The position numbers and the translations under genes are program-made. DNA of 64,000 nucleotides, from NCBI GenBank assembly GCA_015680685.1, contig MNCI01003051.1:319984-383983 (forward strand), read 5' to 3'. This document shows positions 13,691-25,679 of the stretch, in pieces. The stretch's first letter is position 1. Each line of letters starts with the position of its first letter. This stretch comes from Gnetum montanum. Its lineage: Eukaryota; Plantae; Gnetophyta. The notes under the pieces are model-generated. The model was given only the letters and a program-made list of their open reading frames with translations. It had not been told where the DNA came from and ran no database searches.

Positions 13691-14326
13691 TGAGGTGAGT
13701 ATTTCCTAATTTCTTGTACTATTTTCTTTTTTCTCTATTAATTAAATTTATTTTTTGGGGTCCGACACCCCATAATGAATAGAATTTTTGGCATATTTGT
13801 ATACTTCCGAGGCTCATTTACCATCCCTGTCCCAAGTAGAATGCTTTGAAATTGACTGAATGTTCTGTTGTTTTCTGCAACGTGATATGGTGCCCTCATA
13901 ATTTGATGATTCTTAACAGGCTGCATTCGTATTTGCCCCATAATTAATTCCAGATTTCATTAAGATTTCGAAAATTATGGATCAAGTTTAATAAAATAAC
14001 TACATCACACATGCTTCCTATGATTTTAAAACGCGTTACAGATTGTATAGCTTCTCCTCGTACTTTGAAAATAACTACTATAAAATCTTTTATTTTCCTT
14101 GCAGAGAGAGAGAAATTTATCTTTCTTTAAGAAAACCCACTAATCGTTGTCCCCCTATTTTAGATGTTCTATCGACGGTGAAAGGGCAAAAAATGTCAGT
14201 AAAGCTTCTTTCAGGGCAAATAATTGCTGTTCCATCTGTGGGAACTATGCTCTCAAGCATTTCTCGAGCTTTGCATTGCTGCTCTTCGTGAAAAACCACA
14301 ACTGGTCCTTGTAGCAGAAGGCCAAC

Positions 14327-14788
14327 ATGGAAAGCAACGGTAACAGCAAAAGCCAAGCTACAAAGCCAACGCATCAGGCAATAGACCTGAAACAGTGCGT
14401 ATCATCTTTTGTGGGTGGACTCAGGCAGAGGTGGGAGCAACGCTTGCCATGCAATTCCAGGGAATGTTCGGCAAAACCCAGAATCGAGGAACAATTCCAG
14501 ACAATCCTGACCCACACTCGGCAGGCTCTGGATACCCATATTGTGAGGCCCTTGAATGTTGGCAAGAATAAAGTCACAGAGACTCTGAGCATGGTAGAGA
14601 AAAGATTGAGAGGCATAGAGAGTGAGGCAGACATCGTCAAGGCTGTGTCTCTGCGTCTCAATGGCATTCCTGTCTACACTGTCAGTAACAGGATTGATGA
14701 AGTTTCTCTAATTGCTGATGCCCACAACCAAAAAAGTTTAGGATTGTTCTTCTTCCGCAAGAAAGATGCTGATTCATTTCTCTCTCAG
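14327..14788 (+). CDS. TIC22: TIC22 exon 1 (MESNGN...DSFLSQ)
   Basis: 154 codons, ends cag|gt; Tic22 N-terminal motif LNGIPVYTVSN...SLGLFFFR. Confidence 0.9.
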
Positions 14789-14866
14789 GTTAAAAGGGTT
14801 CTGGGTTTATGATATCTGTGACATAATTGTGCAGATTGATTTACTTGTGGGTTCTCGGTGTTGCAG

Positions 14867-14929
14867 TTTACTATTGAGGAACCGGTGCTTGGACAGGATG
14901 CTAAAGTGATATCTGTGCCTCTTGACAAG
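14867..14929 (+). CDS. TIC22: TIC22 exon 2 (FTIEEPVLGQDAKVISVPLDK)
   Basis: ttgcag| ... aag|gtaag, 63 nt. Confidence 0.9.
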
Positions 14930-16406
14930 GTAAGGGGAATGTGCAAGAGCTGTTTTAAGTATCTGTTTGCTGAACAAGCAAACAATTGGATAGATATGCC
15001 TTGTATTTTTTTTTGAATTTTTAATTTAAATTTTGAAGAGGACTCCATTGCACACAGTGATCAAGTTAGGTTTTTTTTCCTTGACGAACACTGTCCGGTG
15101 CCATGTAATATTCGTGCAAGGTCAAAAGTAATGGTGATATTTAAATACACATGGATTAGATAATATACATGAAAGAGGAATTGATGCATTGTGATGGATG
15201 GCATGTTTGGTTATTTGTTTCATTGCTGTTCTTTTGTTTGGAATATTCAATGCTGATTGAAACATTATTGCAAAAGGAATCCATTGTCATTTTTAAAATC
15301 ACTTGTAAAATCTACTATTACTATCATAACGGTTTCTGTATCCGAGGACAAAATGATCCCAAAACTTTGTTTTTAAAATACAAATAACCAACATTCAAAA
15401 TAGTGTCATAAGCTCCAAGCTTTAACCATACCTCTGCAGTGTTAATGAAAGTCGACATTTTTTTGTTCCTTTGTGACGATGTTTTGTGCTAACTTTCAAG
15501 TTGGAATTGTGCTTGTGATGACGGAAGAGGAAGCGGGTTCCAGTGTTTCTTTTGTGTTTACGTGGATATTTTATCATTGATCGAACTTTAAAATAGTATT
15601 TGTTTTCATTAGAGGTTTAGAACAAAGAATATTGCATCATTCTTTGGGCAATGTTACGGAGGCCCTTAACAGCATAAATAATTGCAGGTTGATCAATCTG
15701 TTATGATGTCATAACCTGCATTGGATTCCGTTTTTTAATCTTTCTTATCACAGAAACAGATGTTTTTTTTTCAATTAATTTTGGTGAATCACGAGATAGC
15801 AGGATTTTGCTTTTAGTTCTGGCTTCGGAGTACTACCTAGTCACCAAAGCCCAAACTGATTTTTCTTGTGTAAGTCATTTTGTTTTGGTTATATTGTGCC
15901 CAAATCAATAATGTGTTGAGCTTAAACAAACCATCGGTTGTTATTGTATTGAGCGTAAATAAATGTTGGCAGGGTATTATTTCTTAGTGGATGAGTCTTT
16001 AGATCAATTGGTGTATTGTGGGCAACTCTTAGTTTTGTCGATCTGCCTATAAAAAATGCCCTAAATTATGGAAATGCAGGATTGAGTGTGACGATTATAT
16101 AGCCATGAAGAACTGAAGGTGAAGTAATTTGAGGGATCCTTCTGCTACAAGGCTAGATTGCCCAATCTTATGCATGTAGCGAAGTTATGTTCTTGTTGTG
16201 TTGATATTAATTGGATCGGTGCTGCTTTCTGTTCAATCTCTATTTCCTTAAGTCCTAATACTCAATTCATGTTCAATGCTTAATTCATAAATGATTCCCT
16301 TTTTTCATGTCCTTATGAATTTGAAATTTATCTTGTCGTTGTGAAAATTGGAAGGTTTTGCAGGGTCAATTTAATTAACCTTTAACAAAATTTATTTCCC
16401 TTGCAG

Positions 16407-16481
16407 GTTTATGAGCTTCAAAAGCAGGGAATCACGTTTCGATTTCTGCCTGATCCCAATCAAGTGAAACATGCTCTTAAG
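16407..16481 (+). CDS. TIC22: TIC22 exon 3 (VYELQKQGITFRFLPDPNQVKHALK)
   Basis: ttgcag| ... aag|gtcag, 75 nt. Confidence 0.93.
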
Positions 16482-16991
16482 GTCAGTTAAAATCAATATT
16501 ATATATTTTTTAAAAACATGCAAAAATAATTATAGGAGAAGAATTTAATCGCAAATGTTATTTTCTTTTTAACTTTTGTCATCATTGAAAAGCAAAATAT
16601 TTAAATTTGCATGATAATTTAAATCTAATCCTGGAAACAAAATCTGACTTTTTGAGTGGTTAATCTTAATTCTTCATGAATCTCCATTTCAGTTGTAAAA
16701 TTGAGGTTCCTTATATCATGCATTCATATGGATGCATCACCTAATTTCTGACTCTGATGGAATTAAAAAGTGGGAATTTAAGATATTAGTTTTAGTGAGA
16801 ATTGGACCTATAGGTTTAGAGGGTTGAAAATTTTGTCTTTTAGCAGAAAACATAATATTTCAAAAGGTTAACATTTTTGGCTGTTAGCGTTGTTTAACTC
16901 TTCAAGTATTCTTTTCCTTTTAATATTTCATTTAGTGTTTTGAATAGGTGAAAATGTAAACAGAGGTATTGATAATTTTTTCATTTGACAG

Positions 16992-17048
16992 ATTACTTCA
17001 GAAGATGCAAGTCTTGGAGATTATTTTCCAGGTGTTCCAGTATTCCAG
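16992..17048 (+). CDS. TIC22: TIC22 exon 4 (ITSEDASLGDYFPGVPVFQ)
   Basis: tgacag| ... cag|gt, 57 nt. Confidence 0.9.
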
Positions 17049-17689
17049 GTTTTAAACCTCATTTAAATTTTCTACATTTTTAGTGTAAATCTATTTTAAA
17101 AATTTATTTAGATATATAATATTTGATGCCGATTACTGTTAGCTTTTCGCTTTGTACATACTAAATGTTAGGAAGTATAGAATCTGCTACTGAGTAGGAT
17201 TTCACTTTATAATCATTTCTTTCCAAACATAATAAATTATAAATTGCTTTCAAAACGTAAGTACATAAAATTTGTCGAAATTTGTCTTCATTAAGTTCAC
17301 TCTTATAGTCTTCTTTAATCGGGAAGCTCTATTCTGCAAATAAAGTCTTTGTATGTTTAGTATGTTTAATGCATGGACATATCTTTTACATCTTTGTATG
17401 AAGGCTTTTAAAATTCTGTCTGGGGAGAGAGGAGAGTACTTTGGATGTGGGGGCTGGAAATTTCTTCGTTTGGATCCATCAATTTTGGTTAGTTAGTCAA
17501 ATAAGCCTGATTGCTGATCACGCTGTAATGCATTCCAAGCTAAGCAGCTTAAAAATACAGTTGAGCTTATGAACACTAATGCTTTTTGTTGGACAATCTG
17601 CAATTTCACAGCCACTAGACTATAGTTTTAGGACAATATTCTGTCAAAATTTATTGATGGATAAATTTCTGTACAAATGTTTTTGGGAA

Positions 17690-20600
17690 AAAAAATCCAA
17701 AAAGTGTCTATTAACAAATATAAACAAAGTTTACATAGGGAGCAAGCCCCAGACAAGCAAGCTCATGAACATGTTAAAATGGCCAGCACTGGCCTCAATC
17801 TGAGGCAAAGGCTGGAATCACAAAGTTCTATGGTGACCAAACAGCACCCCTCAGGTGAACAACGAAACCAAAACACAAGATTGACAAGGAACAAATGGCC
17901 CACGCAAAGCAGGCACAAAGGTAGCTCCACAACTACAGATGGGATGTCAATTATCAGGACACATGTTCAAAGGGAAACTGCAAAACTCACAAACATTGTT
18001 CACAGTTATGGCCATTACCAAAGCTCAAAGATGTGAGGATTAAACATATCAACAACCCATAGCGGCAATGGGACCGGTGTTTTGAATTGGAGGCATTCTT
18101 GAAAGTGCCTTGGTTTGGGAAGGACCCCCTGCTGATTGCAAGCAAACATCACCTTGACTAGTCTATTGTCCGGGGTGTGCTACCTTTAGTAAATTGCTAA
18201 ACCTGAGCACCCTTTTCCACTTGTGGCTAATGCAAGGATGGGGCTTAGACCACTTTGTTTCCTGGGTGTAGAGAACTTCCACTTTCAAAGCTTCACCCAG
18301 TCTGAGCATCTCGTTGATGTGTGTAAGGCCATTCAGGCCCTCTACGTACCATGATCTTAAGATCATGGATTAGATTTAGGTTTAACAAGGTTGGATGCCC
18401 ACCTGCAACAGGGCCATCCACAATGTCTTTCTCCATTTGTCTTTGCTGCTGTTCAGCTGTGGAAGGCCGACTCAGCATATTTCTAGATGGTGAAAGAATT
18501 CCTTTAGCCCCCATGCAGTTTGGGCTGGATTTTCCCAAGTCAGATCCAACCACACTGTTGTCTAATGGATTGTGCATCTGCTTCCTACCTTGGTGTTTAA
18601 CCTTGGTGTTTAGAGTTCATCTGAATTGGGCCTTTCTCCATTTTTGAAACCACTTCCTCCAATGCATACAGGCCTATGATCACCTTCGTTGTTGGGGTAT
18701 AACCTTGTTCCTTTTGCTCTTCTGCTTGTGATTTTGGAGGGATGCTTCTTTTGGGGGCTATGGCTCTTTTCAGATGTTGGTTGTCACTGTGGCTTACAAG
18801 GCCAGAGAGACTGACGGCTGAGACCTTATTCTAAGGTGGTTGCTCTGGGGGACACATGCCTGCCCCCAGCTATGCTTTTGTCTTAGCTTGGTTGGCGATT
18901 TGAGGGTTAGCACTGCCCAAACACAGCTCGTGTGTGTGCTCAATCATAGATCCAACAACACAACCAGGGATGGGCTGTGAATTGCTAGGACACATGGTCA
19001 AAGGGAAGCCTCAAAACCCACAAAAATTGTTCATGGTGATGCACTATTACTAAAGCTCAAAGATTTGAGGATTAAGCATATTAGCAACCCATAGCAGCTT
19101 TGGGACCTCTGTTCTAAGTCATAGGTATTCTTGAAGTGCTTAGGTTTCAGAAGGACCCCTTGTTGATCACAAGCGAGAAACATGTGGACCAGTCTATTAT
19201 TTGGGGTGTGCGGTCGTTAGCAAATTGCTAAACTTGAGCACCCCTGTCCATTCAGCACTACCACTTTGTTTCCTGGGTGCAGAGAGCTTCCACTTTCAAA
19301 GCTTTGGCTAGTTTGAGCATCTCATTCATGCATCCAGGGACATTTAGGCCCTCAACTTTTTATAATTTTAAGATCATGAATTGGGCCAAATTTTAACAAG
19401 GTTGGAGGCCTTGCTTGCAGTTGTCGGGTAGCTTGAATGCTATATGTTTTCTCCGTCTCTATTATTGTACATTTTGGAAGGCCGACCCACTTGATGTTTG
19501 GATGGGAAAAGAGTTCCTCCAGCCCCCCATGTAGTCCAGGCTTGCGTCTCCTAGGTTGGACCTAGCCTGCTATCATCCAACAAATTGTGCATCCGCACCC
19601 TGCCTTGGTCTTTAGAGTCCTTGTCCATCTGTGAGCTAGGCCTTTCTCCATTCTTGAATCTACTTTTTCCAGCACATGTGGGCCTATTATCACCTTAGTT
19701 GTTGAGGTAAACACTCATTCCTTCTGTTCTTTCACTTGTGATTTGGAGGGATGCTCATTTTGGGGTTTAGGGATCTTTTCGGACTGTTGGTTGCCACCCG
19801 GGCTTATACGGCTAGAGAGATTGATTGCCAAGCTCTCATTTTGAGGTGGTTGCTTTGGGGAATGCATGTTTGTCTCTTGCTGCACTTTTGTCTTAGCTTG
19901 GTTGATGTTGCTAGGGTTAGCATTGTCCTGATGTGGATCTGGCATGTGTTAGAGTGGTGTTTGCTTGCTGTTGTGAGGGTTCCTTCCCTTTCCTTTTTGT
20001 TCTGGGTATTGGCAGGGGTTTTGTCCCTTCTTTAAATAGAGATACCAGTGGCTGGGAAAGTTATTAAATTTGAAGGGTTGTTTGATTTTCCCTCGAGAGC
20101 TAGATTTCAAATTGGAGATCTACATCTAGCAGCATGTCAATATAGATTTGGGCATCAATGAGTTGGGACATGGTAGCTGTGCAGTTGTCTAAGGCGATTA
20201 GCTCCCCAAAGATCACATCAATTGGCATAAAGACTTCCTTGTCCCAGGGTTCAATTGGCAAGCCTAGTAGCCTAATCCACACTGAGACTAATCAGATATA
20301 TTTTCTTGTAGTTTGGTGACTGCTGGGTACTATTTGTGTTCATATTTCCAAGAAAAGAAGTTGATTTTCAAACAACCATGGCCCATGGACAGAACCTTAT
20401 GCATAACCTTCTCAGAATCAAACAAAAATAAGGTTCCGTTACCCTTCAAGGATAATTTTCAAGGACATTGTTTGTGTGCTCATTGAAAAATGTGTTTCAA
20501 GGTAGGCAACCTACCAGAAAATAGGTTGATGAGGGTGTGTTAGTATCTCTGTGCTTGCCATCTAACAATCCGGTCAAGGACTTGGATGCTAATTTCATCT

Positions 20601-20900
20601 GCAAACTTGGTTGTGAAAAAATCCTTCCCACCACTTTATATTGCTTCCCTTTTAACAGGGTGACCATTGGTTTTTGTGTATTGCTAGAGGAGCTGGAAAC
20701 CATGTTAGCAAAGGACCAATGAAGTGTGTTGGCGATCCAAGAGCCACCCATATTGAATTCATCCACTGTTGTGTTGCTAGGATTAGGGTTCTTCATTGTG
20801 GAATCAAAAAGATTTCCATTGGAACCTAACCTATGCCCTTGAGGATTTCCGCCATGGCTACACCTCTCACTATCCTACACTGAGAGGTGGTTCGATCTGC
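17690..20900 (-). mobile_element. Degenerate L1-type LINE derivative in TIC22 intron 4: ORF1 (DUF4283-like) plus a duplicated ORF1-tail/endonuclease N-terminus, no RT
   Basis: WIRLLGLPIEPW..FGELIALD (20100-20282); APE start MILRSWYVEGLN at 18366 with a second copy at about 19378; boundaries approximate. Confidence 0.7.
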
Positions 20901-21030
20901 CCAGCCGCTTGTTGTACCCAATGTTGTCATGTGGACCATGGAGACTCAATCTATGTAATCCACTTGATCCTCTAGAAGCTTTGCTCATTATATTTGTGTA
21001 CAATTTGCAAGACATGACTTGTAGTATTTT

Positions 21031-21628
21031 CCACTACCTAGCATCAATGTATCAATCAGATGGTGAAATTAATAAAGATATAATAAGTAGAATTGAGGCA
21101 AGATAGTCAAAATGGAGACAGGCTAGTGGTGTTCTATTTGATAAAAGAATTTGAATAAAATTAAATGGAAAATTTTCTAGGACAACAATTAAGCTTGTTA
21201 TCTTATATGGTGTTGAATGTTGGGCAGTACAAAAGAGGCACAAACAGTAAATTAGAGTGATAGAAATCCAAATGCTTAGATGAATGTTGAATGTTACCAA
21301 AAGAGATAAACTGTACAATACAGACATTAAGGCAAGACTTGGAGTGGTTTCTATTTTAGATAAGTTATAGGAATGTTGTCTTAGATGGTTTAGACATGTG
21401 CAAAGAAGATTAAATAACAGCCCTATAAGAAAAGGTTGGTACATCACTATTCCAAGAAAGTCACTGAAAAGAAGGTCAAAAAGATATGGGTAAAATTATT
21501 GAAGATGATCTTCATAAATTGCAAATAAATAAAGATCTAGTTCTTTATAGAGTTGAATGACAAAAAAGAACTCATGTAGCCAATCCTATTTTGTTGGGAT
21601 AAGGCTAGGATGATGATGATGATGATGA
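21031..21628 (+). mobile_element. 5'-truncated RTE-clade LINE
   Basis: KWRQASGVLFD, LYGVECWA, LRWFRHV; 3' end gggataaggc followed by (GAT)n; TSD ttgtagtatttt at 21019-21030 and 21630-21641. Confidence 0.9.
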
Positions 21629-22691
21629 ATTGTAGTATTTTGCACTTCAAACTTGCATATAAACATGCCTACAAAATATAGTTAAAGCAATATTGTTTAA
21701 ATGTAACATACATGTCTTAACTTTTGAACTCCAATGTACAAAAGAGTTAAGGGGAAATAAAAATGTTTGAAAATCCAATTATAGGAAGATCAAGGGGTTC
21801 AAATCAATAGTGAGAATCTAGCTTATGAAGTACATTGATGTGTTTTATTAGTCTAACTTTACTTTGAAAATCCCCAACTTCTTAGGCTACCCAACAGGTC
21901 TTTTATATTCGCTAGACACTAGACATTAAAACTTGTTATATTCTTTCAAAAGCAATCTCTTATCTCTTTTTATATAAATGAATTGTTATAGTCTTGTAAG
22001 AAATCTATTTGAAAATGGCTTTTGGTGAAATCTTGAGCTAGAATTGTTTATGCAAGGGATAAATTATTCTGAGATTGTGAACATTAGAAGAGTTATAAAG
22101 TTTCTGGTATCATAATTATGAAATGCCTAGTCTTCTTCCAGTAGGACATTTATTTCTTGGCAGTATCATACTACTAATGATGCCTTTAACATTAATGATA
22201 CCCTATATCATGGCTAGAATTATATCGTGTGAACATTCTAATGAATGGAGAGCTGGTTCATGTCATTGGAATTTTCATAAATGTAGTCATTGTTATTTTC
22301 CAATTCATCAAATTGTTATTTAATGAGTAAGATGATAAGTTCCTTTGGCCATGTCTGTAGTCCAATATTTGAAAGTTCTCTTATAGTTTAAGAAAAGAAG
22401 TTTCTATCTGCTAGTATCATATCTTCAAAACATTTCTAACTAATTTTGGAGTCGTTAAGCTACATCAAAGGGGCTAGACTAAATGCCTTGGGGCACTGTT
22501 CGTTTCTTTGAATTCATACCTCTAATATATACGAAGCCTAGCTTATTTTTAAAAATATTCTTATTGTTAATCTGTACTTCTGTTTTAATGCATATAAAAA
22601 AATTGTTGCTCTTTTTTTAATTACTAAAGTTTACTTTCCATTACATTTGTTAGCATTGCTAACTAGAAATTGATGCTATAATTGTTTCCAG

Positions 22692-22751
22692 TGTAATGAT
22701 TTGACATTGAGAAACATGGATAGAAGGATGCATCCTGTGTTCTTCAGTAAG
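22692..22751 (+). CDS. TIC22: TIC22 exon 5 (CNDLTLRNMDRRMHPVFFSK)
   Basis: ttccag| ... aag|gtatt, 60 nt. Confidence 0.9.
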
Positions 22752-23753
22752 GTATTTTGCATACGGCTGTATTTACATTATTAATGCTCTTGTACATTTA
22801 TTTCTTTTAATAAATTCTGAATTTAGAGATCTATAAAGTAACCATGGTCCAATGGCTTCGTAAGCTTGATTCATTGTGCAACAATTATGCTGTTTGGGAG
22901 GAATTTCTTAGGAAAAGATTTTGTACCGTGTAATTGGATAGAAAAAAGTAGTAACACAACTAAACAGTTTTAAAAGCTTCATAGCTTGTGTTTTTTTTTG
23001 GTCATGTACAATAATTATACAGTTCTGAAAGTTTCATTCATATTTTTTGGCTTGGTTTCATTAGCAGTTTCGTTGAATATGTGAATGGTGCCAAAATTAT
23101 GCCAATTTTTTAAATTTGCATTCTTTAAGAAAAATCCTTCAATAATGCAGTGTCATGCTAGTCTTTTGGTTATTTGGGGATCCATGTAGTATCTTAGAGA
23201 GATCTAGATAGCCTAATATATGTTTGGATTGGAAGAAGGCACGTATGTGCTAAAAGCATCAAATATACCATATATCAAATTCATCGAATTGCTAATATTC
23301 ATTGCACACTGACAAATTTATAGGATTTTACAGAAGATACTAGCATGCTAGTTATACTTGGGACAAATTTGATTGCTACTTGGATCAATGACAGGTCATG
23401 AAAATGGCAAGGTTAGTGTTAAAACATTGTTTTTTTTAAGAGGGAAGTGTTAGAACATTGTTGGGGTTGTAGGTTAACTATCCACTTGCAGTTTATTCTC
23501 TCGAACCATTATAATGCCTTAATGAATGGATGTGTGACACTTTTTTTTTTAGAAAAGGTCAGGCAAAATTATATTAAAAAAGATATGTACAAAGCGGGAC
23601 TTCCATCAAACAACAGAAGTCCATATGGGGGAACTCCTGCCCCCTCTCCAAAAATTCCCAAAACAGATTGTGTTCCCCCTAAACCAACCCACAACACTCA
23701 AAACAGTGCAAGATAGAAATTTCACAATAATGCAAAACAAAACAGACTGAACC

Positions 23754-24261
23754 CTACACACCAAAACCACCAAACAGGCGACGATGGGGCAAACATGTCC
23801 CCACTAGCTTGTTCTCCTTCCACCCATGACTCTATGCTACAGTCATATTGACAGCCGTAGACATGGACATCTTGCTTGTTCTTGGGCATGACTAGTACCT
23901 AATACTGCCTGGTGTTGTTTGGTGTCCACGAAAGCTGCAGCTTGCTGAAACTCCTTGGCAGCCTTGTCCTTACGTGCCTGCTCTATTGCCGTGCCCTTCC
24001 CATCTGCTCTACACACCAAAACCACCAAACAGGCGACGATGGGGCAAACATGTCCCCACTAGCTTGTTCTCCTTCCACCCATGACTCTATGCTACAGTCA
24101 TATTGACAGCCGTAGACATGGACATCTCGCTTGTTCTTGGGAATGACTAGTACCTAATACTGCCTGGTGTTGTTTGGTGTCCACGAAAGCTGCAGCTTGC
24201 TGAAACTCCTTGGCAGCCTTGTCCTTACGTGCCTGCTCTATTGTCGTGCCCTTCCCATCTG
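23754..24261. repeat. Near-identical tandem duplication, period 255 bp
   Basis: ctacacaccaaaaccaccaaacaggcgacg... starts at both 23754 and 24009. Confidence 0.9.
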
Positions 24262-25427
24262 GGTGTAGCTTTGCCGTAGTTTTCTGAATGTGTTTGCGGA
24301 GCACCCTCCAAGGCACATTACAGCAAATGTTCATAATTTTGTATGGACATTTGCCTGACCGTAGCCACATTCGAACCCCATTCTTGTGTGCACGATCCAT
24401 TTGCCATCAGAGCTCCTCCACTTCTTGTTGCTCTGCTCCCACTCCTCCTGCTCGGCCTTCTCCCACTCTGCATTATGTTGCTTAGCAAGTAGCAACTTGG
24501 TCCTCACCTACTCCCTTAGGGAATCTTCAAGAGTAGCACTCAGGGCCAACTCTTTTAGATCCCATTCATGTTGAAGTTCCTTTTCTCGTTCCAACCATTG
24601 CTGCTCCATTGCGCTCAATTGATGCACAAACTCTTGCTCCCGAGCTGCCCACTTAGCCTCCCAAACATATCGTTATGCCCTCTGAGCCTACTTTGCAGCC
24701 TCCTCCACTGCCTTGGTTGCCCATGCCGTCTCTGCCTCCATCTCAAGCATCGCCTTTTCGGCCTCAAGGCGCTTGATCTAAACCCTGGCCACCTCAAGCT
24801 CGCCCCAAATTTCCCACACCAACTCTGGCATCAACTTAGTTGACCTCCCCCTATGGCACAATCGGAACCATAGACCATCAAAGAGCAATAATTAAACCAT
24901 AGTGGTGTCCTCGATGCTGTAGTTGTAACGTTGCTAGAAAAAACCTAGGTAGGTTAACTCATTGACCAAATTTCAGACACACTTCAAAAAGGCGAAGTGG
25001 ACCCCTTGCAATTTTGAAACATTGCCAAACTGGACAAAGTAATAGTCCACCACATCTATTGCCTCCTGCCAGATCCATTGTAGCATTGGCTTCAGAATTT
25101 GTCCATTGGCAGTCTTGGGAATAACCCCAAGAAAGAAAACCTGTGCATCCTGGAAACCGTGGCCATGAGGAAGAATAATCTCACCTGAAGCTAGAACTCC
25201 CAAACAAGCAGCTAGTCCCTCCTTCATCAGCGAAATGTGGGTCCGCCTAAACGTCGTTGCGATTCCATGCCAATTGCGAAAAAGGCATCATCCACAAGAA
25301 TTGGGTCCCCCTTTAGCAATTGAAGCACATCCGCCCACTCCACCTCCTGTATCATAGTCCACAACTCAACATTTCTCTAAAATCCTACGCAATTAGGTTC
25401 AAACGTTAGGGTCTGACCCATCGCCAT
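24100..25427 (-). pseudogene. LINE 'ORF3': ATHILA-ORF/putative plant transposon protein-like domain plus coiled coil
   Basis: Joined across frameshifts: VEWADVLQLL..DPILVDDAFF/RNW..THISLMKEGLAACLGVLASG..KFGQ*VNLPRFFLATL..HHYGLIIAL, then an E/A/K/R-rich heptad region at 24480-24830; 3' end approximate. Confidence 0.6.
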
Positions 25428-25679
25428 TGTTGCCTCTTGCCACAGTTTACACCCTTGTAGCACAGCTACCATGGAGTAGGCAACTGTGCAGCCCTAAACA
25501 CCTACGAGTTCTGCACCTTTCAAACGGCTCAAAGTGCAGTTGTCCCCATAGAATCCCTGCTCAGAGTGTGCTCGTGGTGGATGGGAGAGAGCGCAAGCTA
25601 CCACCACACATCATTCAAGAAAGAGCATTGATAAGCAAAGTGCTGAATAGTCTCCGAAGCCGTTGTACATAACAAATTG

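Noticed and set aside
20860-20910. ggttcgatc B-box-like motif with a small hairpin
   Set aside because: No tRNA cloverleaf; best explained as the 5' UTR of the minus-strand LINE
23754-24261. 255-bp tandem duplication as a functional element
   Set aside because: Near-identical copies in an otherwise old LINE; a recent duplication or mis-assembly, kept only as a repeat feature
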